A stretch of 29,829 bases of DNA from Candidatus Nanoarchaeia archaeon (GCA_035289765.1 DATDWE010000041.1:1-29829), one strand, 5' to 3'. Numbered from the stretch's first letter, positions 16,888 to 25,166 are shown. Program-made: numbers and translations. The notes: generated from the sequence alone by a model not told the origin.

Positions 16888-17748
16888 TTAGTTCAACTCC
16901 TTCTTCAGTTCTTCCACATAATCTTTAATAGCCTCTTTCCAGGGCCTCAAGGGCTTTATCTTCTCTGATCTGATTGGTGTGTTTGTATTCTTTATTCCTG
17001 TAAAAGGGAAATCATTATATGATGCCTTCTCTATTTTGACATCAAGACCAAGTCCATTTACAATCTCGGACATGATATCAAAAAGTGTTGCCTTTCCGTC
17101 ATTCACCATATGGTATATGCCATACTCAGGCGATCTCTTAAGGATTTCCCTGACTCCTTTTGCAACATCAAGGCTATATGAGGGCGATGAGATGATGTCA
17201 TCTGCAATCTTAAGTGTTTTTCTTCCCTGATTTATCAGCTGAAGCATCTTCTCAACAAACTGATTGTTTTTTATTGATTTACCGAACATTATTGATATCC
17301 TGAAGATGAAATACTTTTTTGCTATTGCCTGAATTAGGCAGTCTCCTCCATACTTTGTCATCCCATAGACATTCAGTGGCTTTGGTATGTCGCTTTCAAC
17401 ATAGAAATCTCCTTTTCCATCATTGAATACTGCGTCTGTACTGAAATGAACAAGCAGAAAATCCAGTTCATTTGAAAGACTGGCCAAAAGTTTAGGGAAT
17501 AGCGTGTTTATCTTGAATGCTTTCTCGGGGTCATTCTCGCATGGATCAATTCCAAGAAAAGCAACAGTATTGATCAGTATATCTGGTTTCTCTGCCTGCA
17601 CCATTTTTCTTACTGCATCAAAATCCAGGGCATCAAAGTCATTGCTGTTCCTGCCAATAACCCTATAATTGCCATTAAGAACGCTTTTTAGGGCAATACC
17701 TACTTTTCCAGTATGTCCTAGCAAAAGCACTTTTTTTGTCAAAATCAC
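16888..17748 (-). CDS. RmlD/RfbD-like NDP-4-keto-6-deoxysugar reductase (SDR)
   Basis: LLGHTGKVG, HFSTDAVF, P.PLNVYGMTK, DDI.SSP, GIYH.VN.G. Confidence 0.88.
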   Translation of the reverse strand: MILTKKVLLLGHTGKVGIALKSVLNGNYRVIGRNSNDFDALDFDAVRKMVQAEKPDILINTVAFLGIDPCENDPEKAFKINTLFPKLLASLSNELDFLLVHFSTDAVFNDGKGDFYVESDIPKPLNVYGMTKYGGDCLIQAIAKKYFIFRISIMFGKSIKNNQFVEKMLQLINQGRKTLKIADDIISSPSYSLDVAKGVREILKRSPEYGIYHMVNDGKATLFDIMSEIVNGLGLDVKIEKASYNDFPFTGIKNTNTPIRSEKIKPLRPWKEAIKDYVEELKKELN

Positions 17749-17822
17749 ACCCCACAGAGCCCATATAAGGCAATAACAGGAATATTAATATATATACGCA
17801 TTTATATTTGTTTAATAGGTTA

Positions 17823-17830
17823 TTTATATA
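17823..17830 (+). promoter_or_regulatory. TATA box for the Nudix gene, within a divergent AT-rich promoter region (17749-17862)
   Basis: TTTATATA at 17823-17830; GGGG SD at 17852-17855; ATG at 17863. Confidence 0.5.
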
Positions 17831-17862
17831 TTTTACTTTATAATGTTTTAAGGGGTTTGTAT

Positions 17863-18285
17863 ATGAAATTAAAACAAGTTGCCTGCATCATACTGTATGA
17901 TAAGGACAAGAAAGTCCTGCTGCAGCATAGGACAAAGTACACAAAGAGGCTCCCTGATCACTGGGCTTTTTTTGGAGGTTCTGTGAAAAAGGGGGAGACT
18001 CCTAAAGAGGCTGCAATAAGGGAGGTAAAAGAAGAGCTTGATTTTGTTTCTAAAAACCCAAAACTTGTGATGAGGCAGGAATATGAGCTCAATGGAGAAA
18101 GAAAGATCAAGAATGTCTTTGTTGAACAGTGTGATGGCAAGGATTCATTAAATCTTCATGAAGGCCAGGGACTGGGATGGTATGATATTGATGAGACAAA
18201 AGACCTCAAGATGATATCCCATGACAGGGAGGCCCTATACTACATCAGAGACAGGGTGTTTCCTTCGCTCACTTCAGATATTTGA
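17863..18285 (+). CDS. Nudix hydrolase
   Basis: Canonical Nudix box GGSVKKGETPKEAAIREVKEELDF. Start moved from TTG 17857 to ATG 17863. Confidence 0.9.
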   Translation: MKLKQVACIILYDKDKKVLLQHRTKYTKRLPDHWAFFGGSVKKGETPKEAAIREVKEELDFVSKNPKLVMRQEYELNGERKIKNVFVEQCDGKDSLNLHEGQGLGWYDIDETKDLKMISHDREALYYIRDRVFPSLTSDI

Positions 18286-19249
18286 ACCATGCCTTTGTGG
18301 CTTGTTCTATCTTCTCAGGAGTCCACAATGGAGCATCTTTCCAGTAGTCAATATTTTCAAGCATGATCTTCACACCATCCTCAAAGGGTACTTTTGGCTT
18401 CCAGTCAAGAAGCTTTTTAGCTTTTGATATATCTGCATGAGTTGAGTCCGGCTCTCCAGGCCTTTTTGGGATATATACCTTTTCTCCCCCAATAAGTTCT
18501 GCCAGATGATTTATTGACTGTGGTTTTCCTGCCCCTATATTGATTATCTCGCCATTGATATCAGACTCTGCTGCAAGCAGGTTTGCCTCAGCAACATCTG
18601 TAACATAGATAAAATCCCTTGTCTGACTGCCATCTCCTACAATAGTGAGGGGCTTCTTCTCAAGCTTTTGTTTCAGGAATACCTTGAATACGGCACCATA
18701 TGTTTTGTTCGTCCTTGCCCTTGTGCCAAAAACATTGAAGTATCTCAAAGAAACAGCTGGAATCTTGTAAAGCCTGCTCCAGAACATAACACACTGCTCT
18801 CCAAGATATTTTGTGAAGGCATATGGATATTCCGGCCTTATGTCAGCATTCTCATTAGTAGGGTACCTGTCGGGGATCCCATAGCAGGATGAAGAAGCGC
18901 TGTATATAATCTTTTTTATGCTATATTTTCTGCATGCCTCCAGCACCCTGACTGTTGCGGTCACGTTTGCCTCATGATATCTTACAGGATTCTCTATAGA
19001 AGGGACAATGTCTGCCAGTGCAGCCATATGGAACACATAATCTGTCCCTTTAAAAAAAGAATCATCAAACCCTTTTGAAAGGTCTATCTTCAGGAACCTG
19101 TATTTTGGATTGTCCTTGAAGAGCTCTACATTGTCAAGCTGCCCATTGGACATATCATCTACAGCAACTACCTCAAATCCTTTTTTCAGGAGCAGCTCAA
19201 CCAGATGGCTTCCGATAAAGCCTGCCCCCCCTGTGACAATTGCCTTCAT
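18269..19249 (-). CDS. NAD-dependent nucleotide-sugar epimerase/dehydratase (extended SDR)
   Basis: VTGGAGFIGSHL, FHMAA, ASSSCYG, YAFTK, LRYFNVFG, GDGSQTRDFIYV.DVA; GGTGAGG SD. Confidence 0.92.
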   Translation of the reverse strand: MKAIVTGGAGFIGSHLVELLLKKGFEVVAVDDMSNGQLDNVELFKDNPKYRFLKIDLSKGFDDSFFKGTDYVFHMAALADIVPSIENPVRYHEANVTATVRVLEACRKYSIKKIIYSASSSCYGIPDRYPTNENADIRPEYPYAFTKYLGEQCVMFWSRLYKIPAVSLRYFNVFGTRARTNKTYGAVFKVFLKQKLEKKPLTIVGDGSQTRDFIYVTDVAEANLLAAESDINGEIINIGAGKPQSINHLAELIGGEKVYIPKRPGEPDSTHADISKAKKLLDWKPKVPFEDGVKIMLENIDYWKDAPLWTPEKIEQATKAWFKYLK

Positions 19250-19301
19250 TTTGCCTCACCAATCCTTTTAGCTGCCATTGTTTAATAAATTTATCTGTCC
19301 G

Positions 19302-21218
19302 CTATCTTCCCTGATAGAGTATTATCTGGTTCCTCTCTGTCAATGAACTTGGTGATGGAAGAGACTCCCTTATTCCAGCATTTATCTTGCGGAGTGATTG
19401 TGAATGATCCACTTTGATCCTGCATTTCCTTTTCTTGAACCTTGCATCGAGCTCAATCCACTCATTGTTCCTGAATATCCTTGATACGTTGATTATGGCC
19501 CTTTTTGTTAGGTATTCGGCATGGAAAAGATTGCGCATTACAGGATATAAGATCAGTCTGGGTATCTTTGCTGCAATGCGTGACCTGCACATCAGTCCGT
19601 TTAGTGTACCTATCGGGCTTTTTGCTACTTTCTTTGCCAGGCTAAATATTGAATATTGGTTAAGCATAAGCTGAAGGAGTGATTTGAAGACTGAGGCGCT
19701 ATTCTTTTGGTTCTGCTGCACTGCCTTCCCTCTTTTCTTTAGCGGTTTGCTGTAATACTCTCTTGTGGCCTCATAAAGAACAAGGTAATCCCAAAAGTTT
19801 GTCCTCCTTCTGCTGATCCCTGTCAGGTTTATATAATTCTCTTTCTGGCTGCTTCTGTCTGACATATAAGTGAGGAACTCCTCCTCACCTTTCAGAGAGG
19901 TTCCTATTACCCCCTGCAGCTGGCCGTATTCGTACAAAGGCGAGCCTGGCAGGGGCATAGCATAGAAGAGGCCGACATCATTCGGAGGCTCCCCCTGTAG
20001 GCGTGAAAGTTTTCCAATGTATTTTCCTGTCTCCATGATTGTGCTATCAGTTTCCCCAGGCATTCCGATACAGCATGACAATGGGGCTATAATGCCTTGC
20101 TTGCTTACTTCCATAATTGCATTCTCAACCTGCTCAAGGGAGAAGTTCTTTTCCATTATGCAAAGTATCTTCTTGCTTCCAGACTCTATGCCGAACTTTA
20201 CCCCTATGCATCCGTGTTCCTTAAAGAACCTGTAATCCTCTGCCTTGAAGTTTGTGACCCTTGCTGCGCCAGCCACCCACAGGAAATCATGCTTGTTGAG
20301 GACCTTTGCGACTTCATATGCAAATTCTCTTGGCAGCCCGAAGTTCTCTCCGGCAATGAACAATGACTGCACACCATACCTAGTCTTGAGTTCAATGATG
20401 TGGTCCTCGAATCTCTTAAGATTAAAGACATGGTATCCCTTGCAGAAACGCTGGCAGAAGGTGCATCTTCCCACACAGCCCTTGCCGACCCATGAATGCG
20501 CAACATAGGGCTTCCTGTCTTTCTCGAATGTACGTGGATCCTTTGCAAACCAGACTATTGATTTTCTTGCCTCTTCAAAATAATTTCTCAGCAGCTGAGG
20601 TTTTGACAGAAGTCCTTTTTTAAGAAGTTCATAATCAGTATAGGGGTTTTCATCTCCGGACACGGGTTCTCCGTAGCCTGTGAATTCCATCTCCCTGTTG
20701 TTGAGGAACGCAAGGCCTTTTATCCTTGACAGTTCAGGGGTTATCTTCTTTCCATTGGTCCGCAGATAGTCGATGAGTTCAACAAAAGGTATCTCACCAT
20801 CGCCAAGAACGCAGAAATCAGCCTCTGCTGCGCGCAGAAGGAGATTTGCGCTTACTGCCATATTGCCTCCGACAACTATCGCTGTTGAGGGGCATGCCTT
20901 GCGTATGATCCTGGACATCCCCTTCACCTGGAGGTAGCTTGTGGATACAACAGCACTTATTCCAACGACATCAGGCTGTCTCTTCCTGAAATAGCTGAAA
21001 ATCTCTTTTTCTGAAGGAAGCAGCATGTCTGCATCAAAGAAGTCACTTGAATATCCGTGTTTTTCCATCCATTTTGTGAGAGAAACAATTGCAATCTTGG
21101 GCATCATGGCTGTCTCGCCGCCCTCTCTTTTCAGGTCAACTCTCTGAGGTATTGTGCAGAGGATGATTTTCATGTCTTTCTTTGGTTTCATTTTTATATC
21201 AGCAATGAGTTGGTGCAT
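19302..21218 (-). CDS. Cobalamin-binding (class B) radical SAM protein
   Basis: N-terminal B12-binding Rossmann domain (PDVVGISA, VVGG..A, GDGE), KGCVGRCTFC, GIESGS, IGMPGET, and a long basic C-terminal extension. The start could also be ATG 21191 or 21173. Confidence 0.9.
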   Translation of the reverse strand: MHQLIADIKMKPKKDMKIILCTIPQRVDLKREGGETAMMPKIAIVSLTKWMEKHGYSSDFFDADMLLPSEKEIFSYFRKRQPDVVGISAVVSTSYLQVKGMSRIIRKACPSTAIVVGGNMAVSANLLLRAAEADFCVLGDGEIPFVELIDYLRTNGKKITPELSRIKGLAFLNNREMEFTGYGEPVSGDENPYTDYELLKKGLLSKPQLLRNYFEEARKSIVWFAKDPRTFEKDRKPYVAHSWVGKGCVGRCTFCQRFCKGYHVFNLKRFEDHIIELKTRYGVQSLFIAGENFGLPREFAYEVAKVLNKHDFLWVAGAARVTNFKAEDYRFFKEHGCIGVKFGIESGSKKILCIMEKNFSLEQVENAIMEVSKQGIIAPLSCCIGMPGETDSTIMETGKYIGKLSRLQGEPPNDVGLFYAMPLPGSPLYEYGQLQGVIGTSLKGEEEFLTYMSDRSSQKENYINLTGISRRRTNFWDYLVLYEATREYYSKPLKKRGKAVQQNQKNSASVFKSLLQLMLNQYSIFSLAKKVAKSPIGTLNGLMCRSRIAAKIPRLILYPVMRNLFHAEYLTKRAIINVSRIFRNNEWIELDARFKKRKCRIKVDHSQSLRKINAGIRESLPSPSSLTERNQIILYQGR

Positions 21219-21227
21219 ATTTAGATT

Positions 21228-22292
21228 TCATATAAAATTAATATGTTCTATGTTCCTGTTCTTGATATTGTCAAGATATTTATTCACAAAATTAAGCCTA
21301 CAGCCTTTCCTGCAGTCAGCGCAGCCTTTTTTGTAGAGCTTGTCAAGAACTTCCTTTCTTTTTTTGCTGTTCCATATCTCTTTAAATGTGTTTTTGTTTA
21401 GGTTTCCATAAGTGAACTCTGGTTTTTCATAGAAAAGATTGCAAGGGATAACATTCCCTTCAGCATCTATGAGCGCAAAGAAGTTAAGTCCATAGCATTT
21501 GTCATATTCTATATGTTTCTCCACTTCCTGTGCAGATATGTCCCTGTAGATAACCTGGAAATCTTCTGTTGAATGTTTTTTTGAGATTTCTTTGAGCTGT
21601 CCGTCATATTTCTTTCTGTCAAGCACAAGCCTGTTTATGCTGTTAGGGTGCTGTGAATATGGTTTCAGCACAACGTAATCTACTCCAAGGCCCTTCACCT
21701 TGGTTATGAGCCTCTCTATCTCCTCAATGTTGTATGGAATCATGAGGATCTGGCAGCCAATTGCAGAGTCCAGCTTGTTTTTCTTCCTGTATTCGCATGC
21801 GTACCTTATATTCTCAAATACCCTGTCAAAATCTTCTGGCATGCATCCATGGACCTTCGCGTAAGTGTCTCTTGTCCCTGCATCGATGCTGAATTTAATC
21901 CATGATATATGTTTAAGCATGGCTTCTGTTTTCTTCCTATCAAAAAGAACTCCATTGGTGGTGAAGGCGACATCAAGCCCAAACTTCTTTGCTTTTTCTG
22001 TTGCCTCGACAATATAAGGATAGGCCAGAGGCTCTCCTTCTCCTGCAAACATTATTGCTTTTACTCCAAAATCAGCCATGCTCTTGAGATTCTTTAGGAG
22101 GATGTCCCGCTCAATGCATGCTCCTTTGTTCTTAAGATAATCCAGGGCGCAGAAAACACATTTATGATTGCATGCATTGATAGGCCCCATCTCGATATAT
22201 ATTGGGGCTACAGTCTCCCCTTTTAGCCATTTTGAAACCTCATCTACATGATACATCAGCTTATGGCCTTCCAGCTGTATTCTTTTGTCCAT
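21228..22292 (-). CDS. Radical SAM protein with C-terminal twitch/SPASM domain (paralog 2)
   Basis: CNHKCVFC, GEGEP, TTNG; C-x17-C...CADCRKGC. Start moved from 22319 to ATG 22292 (GGGGG SD). Confidence 0.92.
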   Translation of the reverse strand: MDKRIQLEGHKLMYHVDEVSKWLKGETVAPIYIEMGPINACNHKCVFCALDYLKNKGACIERDILLKNLKSMADFGVKAIMFAGEGEPLAYPYIVEATEKAKKFGLDVAFTTNGVLFDRKKTEAMLKHISWIKFSIDAGTRDTYAKVHGCMPEDFDRVFENIRYACEYRKKNKLDSAIGCQILMIPYNIEEIERLITKVKGLGVDYVVLKPYSQHPNSINRLVLDRKKYDGQLKEISKKHSTEDFQVIYRDISAQEVEKHIEYDKCYGLNFFALIDAEGNVIPCNLFYEKPEFTYGNLNKNTFKEIWNSKKRKEVLDKLYKKGCADCRKGCRLNFVNKYLDNIKNRNIEHINFI

Positions 22293-22349
22293 AATACCCC
22301 CTGAGTGCATAAAAAACATTTATATATAGATAGAATATCAAGAAACATA

Positions 22350-22357
22350 TTTAAATA
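22350..22357 (+). promoter_or_regulatory. TATA box (TTTAAATA) for the nop5-flpA operon; a divergent TATA lies at about 22319-22328
   Basis: Ends 23 nt before ATG 22380, consistent with a near-leaderless transcript. Confidence 0.6.
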
Positions 22358-22379
22358 GTTATCGGAAAACAGGTATATA

Positions 22380-23411
22380 ATGGCTCAGCTTTACTTGTAT
22401 TCAACCAGCTCAGGAAGCTTTGTGTTCAACCAGAACTTCTTCATGATAGACAAAGTCCTATTCAGCGATAAAGAGATAATTGAGAACTCAATGCCTCTTG
22501 CAGAAGGGAAATTCATTGAGGCAGAGAAAAAGCTGATCAAGAAGCACAAAAAGGGCCAGTTTGTCATTATAGGAATAAAGAAAGAGGAGCTTTCAGGCAT
22601 AAAGTCTGATCCTGACATCAAGAAGCTGGCAAGAATAGCTGAGACAGCAAGAAAAGAAGGCATTTTTGAGAGCGTAAGGCATGCCAATACAATCATCACA
22701 AGGCACAGGATAAGCCATTCAGTCAATGAAGATATCTTTGTATCACAGGCAGTGAACCATCTTGGCGAGATGGAAAGGATAACAAATACTATGGCAAAAA
22801 GGCTCAGGGAGTGGTATTCCTATTATCTCCCTGAATTCTCTGAGTCAATACAGGACCATGAGAAGTTCGCAGAGATAGTGGCAAAGAAGACAAAAGAGCA
22901 GCTGCTGAAGGAGCTTAGGTTAGGAAAGGAAGACAGCATGGGCGCAGACATAAAGAAGAAGGACATTGATCCCATGATGGATCTTGCAAGAGAGCTCAGC
23001 AGCATGTACAGGCTCAAGAAGAGGCAGGCTGACTACATTGAGAAACTTATGAAAGGATACTGCCCTAACATAAGTGCAGTTGCAGGCCCTGTGGTAGGCG
23101 CAAAACTGCTTGAGCAGGCTGGCTCGCTGAAGAGGCTGGCAGAGTTTCCTTCTTCCACAGTCCAGGTCCTTGGAGCAGAAGAGGCTTTTTTCAGGCATCT
23201 TACACAGCACACAAGGCCGCCAAAGCATGGATATATACATGAACACCCATTCATTGCGCAGGCAGGCAAGGATGACAAAGGAAGGATTGCAAGAGCTCTT
23301 GCCGACAAGATATCAATAGCAGCAAAGGTTGATTATTTCAAGGGAAAGTTTGTAGGCGATAAATTGAGGAAGATGGTTGAGGCAAAGCTGAAGCAGGGAA
23401 AGGCAAAATGA
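22380..23411 (+). CDS. nop5: Nop5/Nop58-family C/D-box sRNP core protein
   Basis: RLREWYSYYLPE, PNISAVAG...GAKLL..AGSL..LA.FPSSTVQVLGAE.AFF, PKHG.I, GRIARALA.KISIAAKVD. Confidence 0.95.
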   Translation: MAQLYLYSTSSGSFVFNQNFFMIDKVLFSDKEIIENSMPLAEGKFIEAEKKLIKKHKKGQFVIIGIKKEELSGIKSDPDIKKLARIAETARKEGIFESVRHANTIITRHRISHSVNEDIFVSQAVNHLGEMERITNTMAKRLREWYSYYLPEFSESIQDHEKFAEIVAKKTKEQLLKELRLGKEDSMGADIKKKDIDPMMDLARELSSMYRLKKRQADYIEKLMKGYCPNISAVAGPVVGAKLLEQAGSLKRLAEFPSSTVQVLGAEEAFFRHLTQHTRPPKHGYIHEHPFIAQAGKDDKGRIARALADKISIAAKVDYFKGKFVGDKLRKMVEAKLKQGKAK

Positions 23412-24073
23412 AACTGAAAGAGCACAGGTTCGAGGGAATCTATACTGACGGAAAAAGGCTTTTCACTAAAAGCATTGCTCCTGGCCACAGGCCTTTTGAT
23501 GAGCGTGTTATGAAAGATGAGGGCATTGAGTACAGGCAGTGGGATGCACGCAAGTCAAAGCTCGCAGCAGCAATACTCAAGGGAGTGAAAGAGATTGGAT
23601 TAATGCCAGGCCAGACTGTGCTTTATCTTGGATGCTCGCATGGGTACACGCCGAGCTTTGTAAGCGACATACTTGGAAAAGACGGCTTCATGTTTGCGCT
23701 TGACTTTGCGCCGAGGGTTGTGAGGGATATGGTCTTTGTCTCAGAGAAGAGGAAGAATATTGCGCCCATAATAGCAGATGCAAACCATCCCGAGTCATAC
23801 TTCTACCAGACAGGGATTGTGGATTATATCTACCAGGACATTGCGCAGAAGAACCAGGCAGAGATATTCCTGAAAAATGTAGATATGTTCCTTAAGCAGG
23901 GAGGTCTTGCGTTCATTGCAGTGAAGTCAAGGAGCGTAGACATAACAAAGAAGCCAAGGACTGTGTTTGAAGAGGTAAGAAGGAAGCTTGAGAAAGAGCT
24001 TGAGATAATAGATTACAGGGAGCTTGAGCCTTTTGAGATGGACCACTGCATCTTTGTGTGCAGGAAGAAGTGA
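23408..24073 (+). CDS. flpA: Fibrillarin-like rRNA/tRNA 2'-O-methyltransferase
   Basis: YRQWD.RKSKLAAAI, VLYLG.S.G.T.S.VSD, DFAPR, NIAPI.ADA..P, YQDIAQ..QA; ATGA overlap with nop5. Confidence 0.96.
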   Translation: MKLKEHRFEGIYTDGKRLFTKSIAPGHRPFDERVMKDEGIEYRQWDARKSKLAAAILKGVKEIGLMPGQTVLYLGCSHGYTPSFVSDILGKDGFMFALDFAPRVVRDMVFVSEKRKNIAPIIADANHPESYFYQTGIVDYIYQDIAQKNQAEIFLKNVDMFLKQGGLAFIAVKSRSVDITKKPRTVFEEVRRKLEKELEIIDYRELEPFEMDHCIFVCRKK

Positions 24074-24075
24074 AA

Positions 24076-24918
24076 ATGACAAACAGGTATGCTGACCCGT
24101 GGAAGGGCTTTGCAGAAAGGTGGGATGAATATTATACTGCTCCGGGCAGGCCTACTGAAGATGAGAAAAGGATTTTTCTGCATTATATAAAGAAAACAGG
24201 CATAAAAAGACCTAAAGCCCTTGTTCTAGGAGCAACTCCTGAGCTCAGGGATGTTCTCGCAAAGGCAAATGCAGATGTCACTTTGATAGATATAAACAAG
24301 AAGATGATAGATGAGATGACTAAGCTCAGGAAAATAAGGTCAAGAGAGCGCAAGGTTGTCGGGGACTGGCTTGATATGCCCTTTGAAGACAGGAAGTTTG
24401 ACATTGTGATGGGCGATTTAGTCCAGGGAAACATTCCAAGGAGCAAAAAAGATGCCTTCATGAAGGAGATTGCGCGCGTGCTGAAGAAAGAAGGCTATTT
24501 GATAAGCAGGATATGGCACCTGCCAAAGAACTGGAAGTATGTTGATCCTGACAGGATTATTGAGAGGCATCTCAGATATCCTTATGAAAAGAAACTTCAC
24601 ATGGAGCTGTTCCAGCATCTTCTTTACAACACCTATAACAAGAAAACAGACATACTTGATTCTGCAATAATAAAGAAGTGGATAACAAAATATATGTACA
24701 AGGAAGGCAGGTTCAATCATCCTAGCAAGAAAGCCAATAAGCTGCTGGAAAGAGCATACATAATGTGGAAGCCGTTTGAGAAAAAGTGGTGCACATTCAA
24801 TGAGAAAAGGATAGAAAGGATGGTGAAGAAACATTTCATCATAATAGAGAACAACAGAAGGACAAAATCACACAGGATGGCCGAATCATTCAGGATATGG
24901 TTTCTTAAGAAGAAATGA
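24076..24918 (+). CDS. Class I SAM-dependent methyltransferase with atypical motif I
   Basis: ALVLGATPE, LIDIN..M, VGDWLDMPF..RKFDIVMGD, IARVLKKEG. Start ATG 24076, or GTG 24070 overlapping the flpA stop. Confidence 0.8.
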   Translation: MTNRYADPWKGFAERWDEYYTAPGRPTEDEKRIFLHYIKKTGIKRPKALVLGATPELRDVLAKANADVTLIDINKKMIDEMTKLRKIRSRERKVVGDWLDMPFEDRKFDIVMGDLVQGNIPRSKKDAFMKEIARVLKKEGYLISRIWHLPKNWKYVDPDRIIERHLRYPYEKKLHMELFQHLLYNTYNKKTDILDSAIIKKWITKYMYKEGRFNHPSKKANKLLERAYIMWKPFEKKWCTFNEKRIERMVKKHFIIIENNRRTKSHRMAESFRIWFLKKK

Positions 24919-24936
24919 GATGGTAACTAGACAAAT

Positions 24937-25032
24937 CTAATGGAATCCATTCATCCTGCATCTCTTGCAGGTTCCTGCCTTTGTGATTCTCTGTGCTCCG
25001 CACTTCTCGCATTTTCCTGATTCTGCTTTCAT
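24937..25032 (-). CDS. 31-aa zinc-finger micro-protein MKAESGKCEKCGAQRITKAGTCKRCRMNGFH (not in the ORF track)
   Basis: Translated by hand: GGGAGG SD 5 nt before ATG 25032; CxxCG-x9-CxxC; TAG at 24939-24937; own TATA at 25108-25115. An in-frame upstream ATG at 25086 would give 49 aa. Confidence 0.75.
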   Translation of the reverse strand: MKAESGKCEKCGAQRITKAGTCKRCRMNGFH

Positions 25033-25107
25033 TTTTGCCTCCCAATAATGCCCAGAAAAGAGCTTATCTGGCTCTAAAACACCCATATATGGAAGGGATA
25101 GAGGTTA

Positions 25108-25115
25108 TATATAAA
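25108..25115 (-). promoter_or_regulatory. TATA box for the zinc-finger micro-protein
   Basis: Minus-strand TTTATATA, 24 nt upstream of the leader-motif variant CATATATGGGTGTTTTA (25091-25075). Confidence 0.6.
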
Positions 25116-25158
25116 GATTGTGCTTTGTTAGTATCTGATAGTGGTGAAAATAGAAATA

Positions 25159-25166
25159 TTTATATA
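25159..25166 (+). promoter_or_regulatory. TATA box for glutamate 5-kinase
   Basis: GAAATA followed by TTTATATA; lies inside the ORF-track N-terminus, which supports ATG 25192 as the true start. Confidence 0.6.

Noticed and set aside
19246-19278. 10-codon upstream ORF (MAAKRIGEAK) overlapping the epimerase start
   Set aside because: No SD of its own; it consists largely of the epimerase SD region; likely chance.
3019-21218. OxsA/OxsB-like (oxetanocin-type) pairing of the HD protein with the B12 radical SAM enzyme
   Set aside because: The genes are about 16 kb apart in different transcription units and the HD gene is coupled to the Nudix-like gene instead; no direct support.
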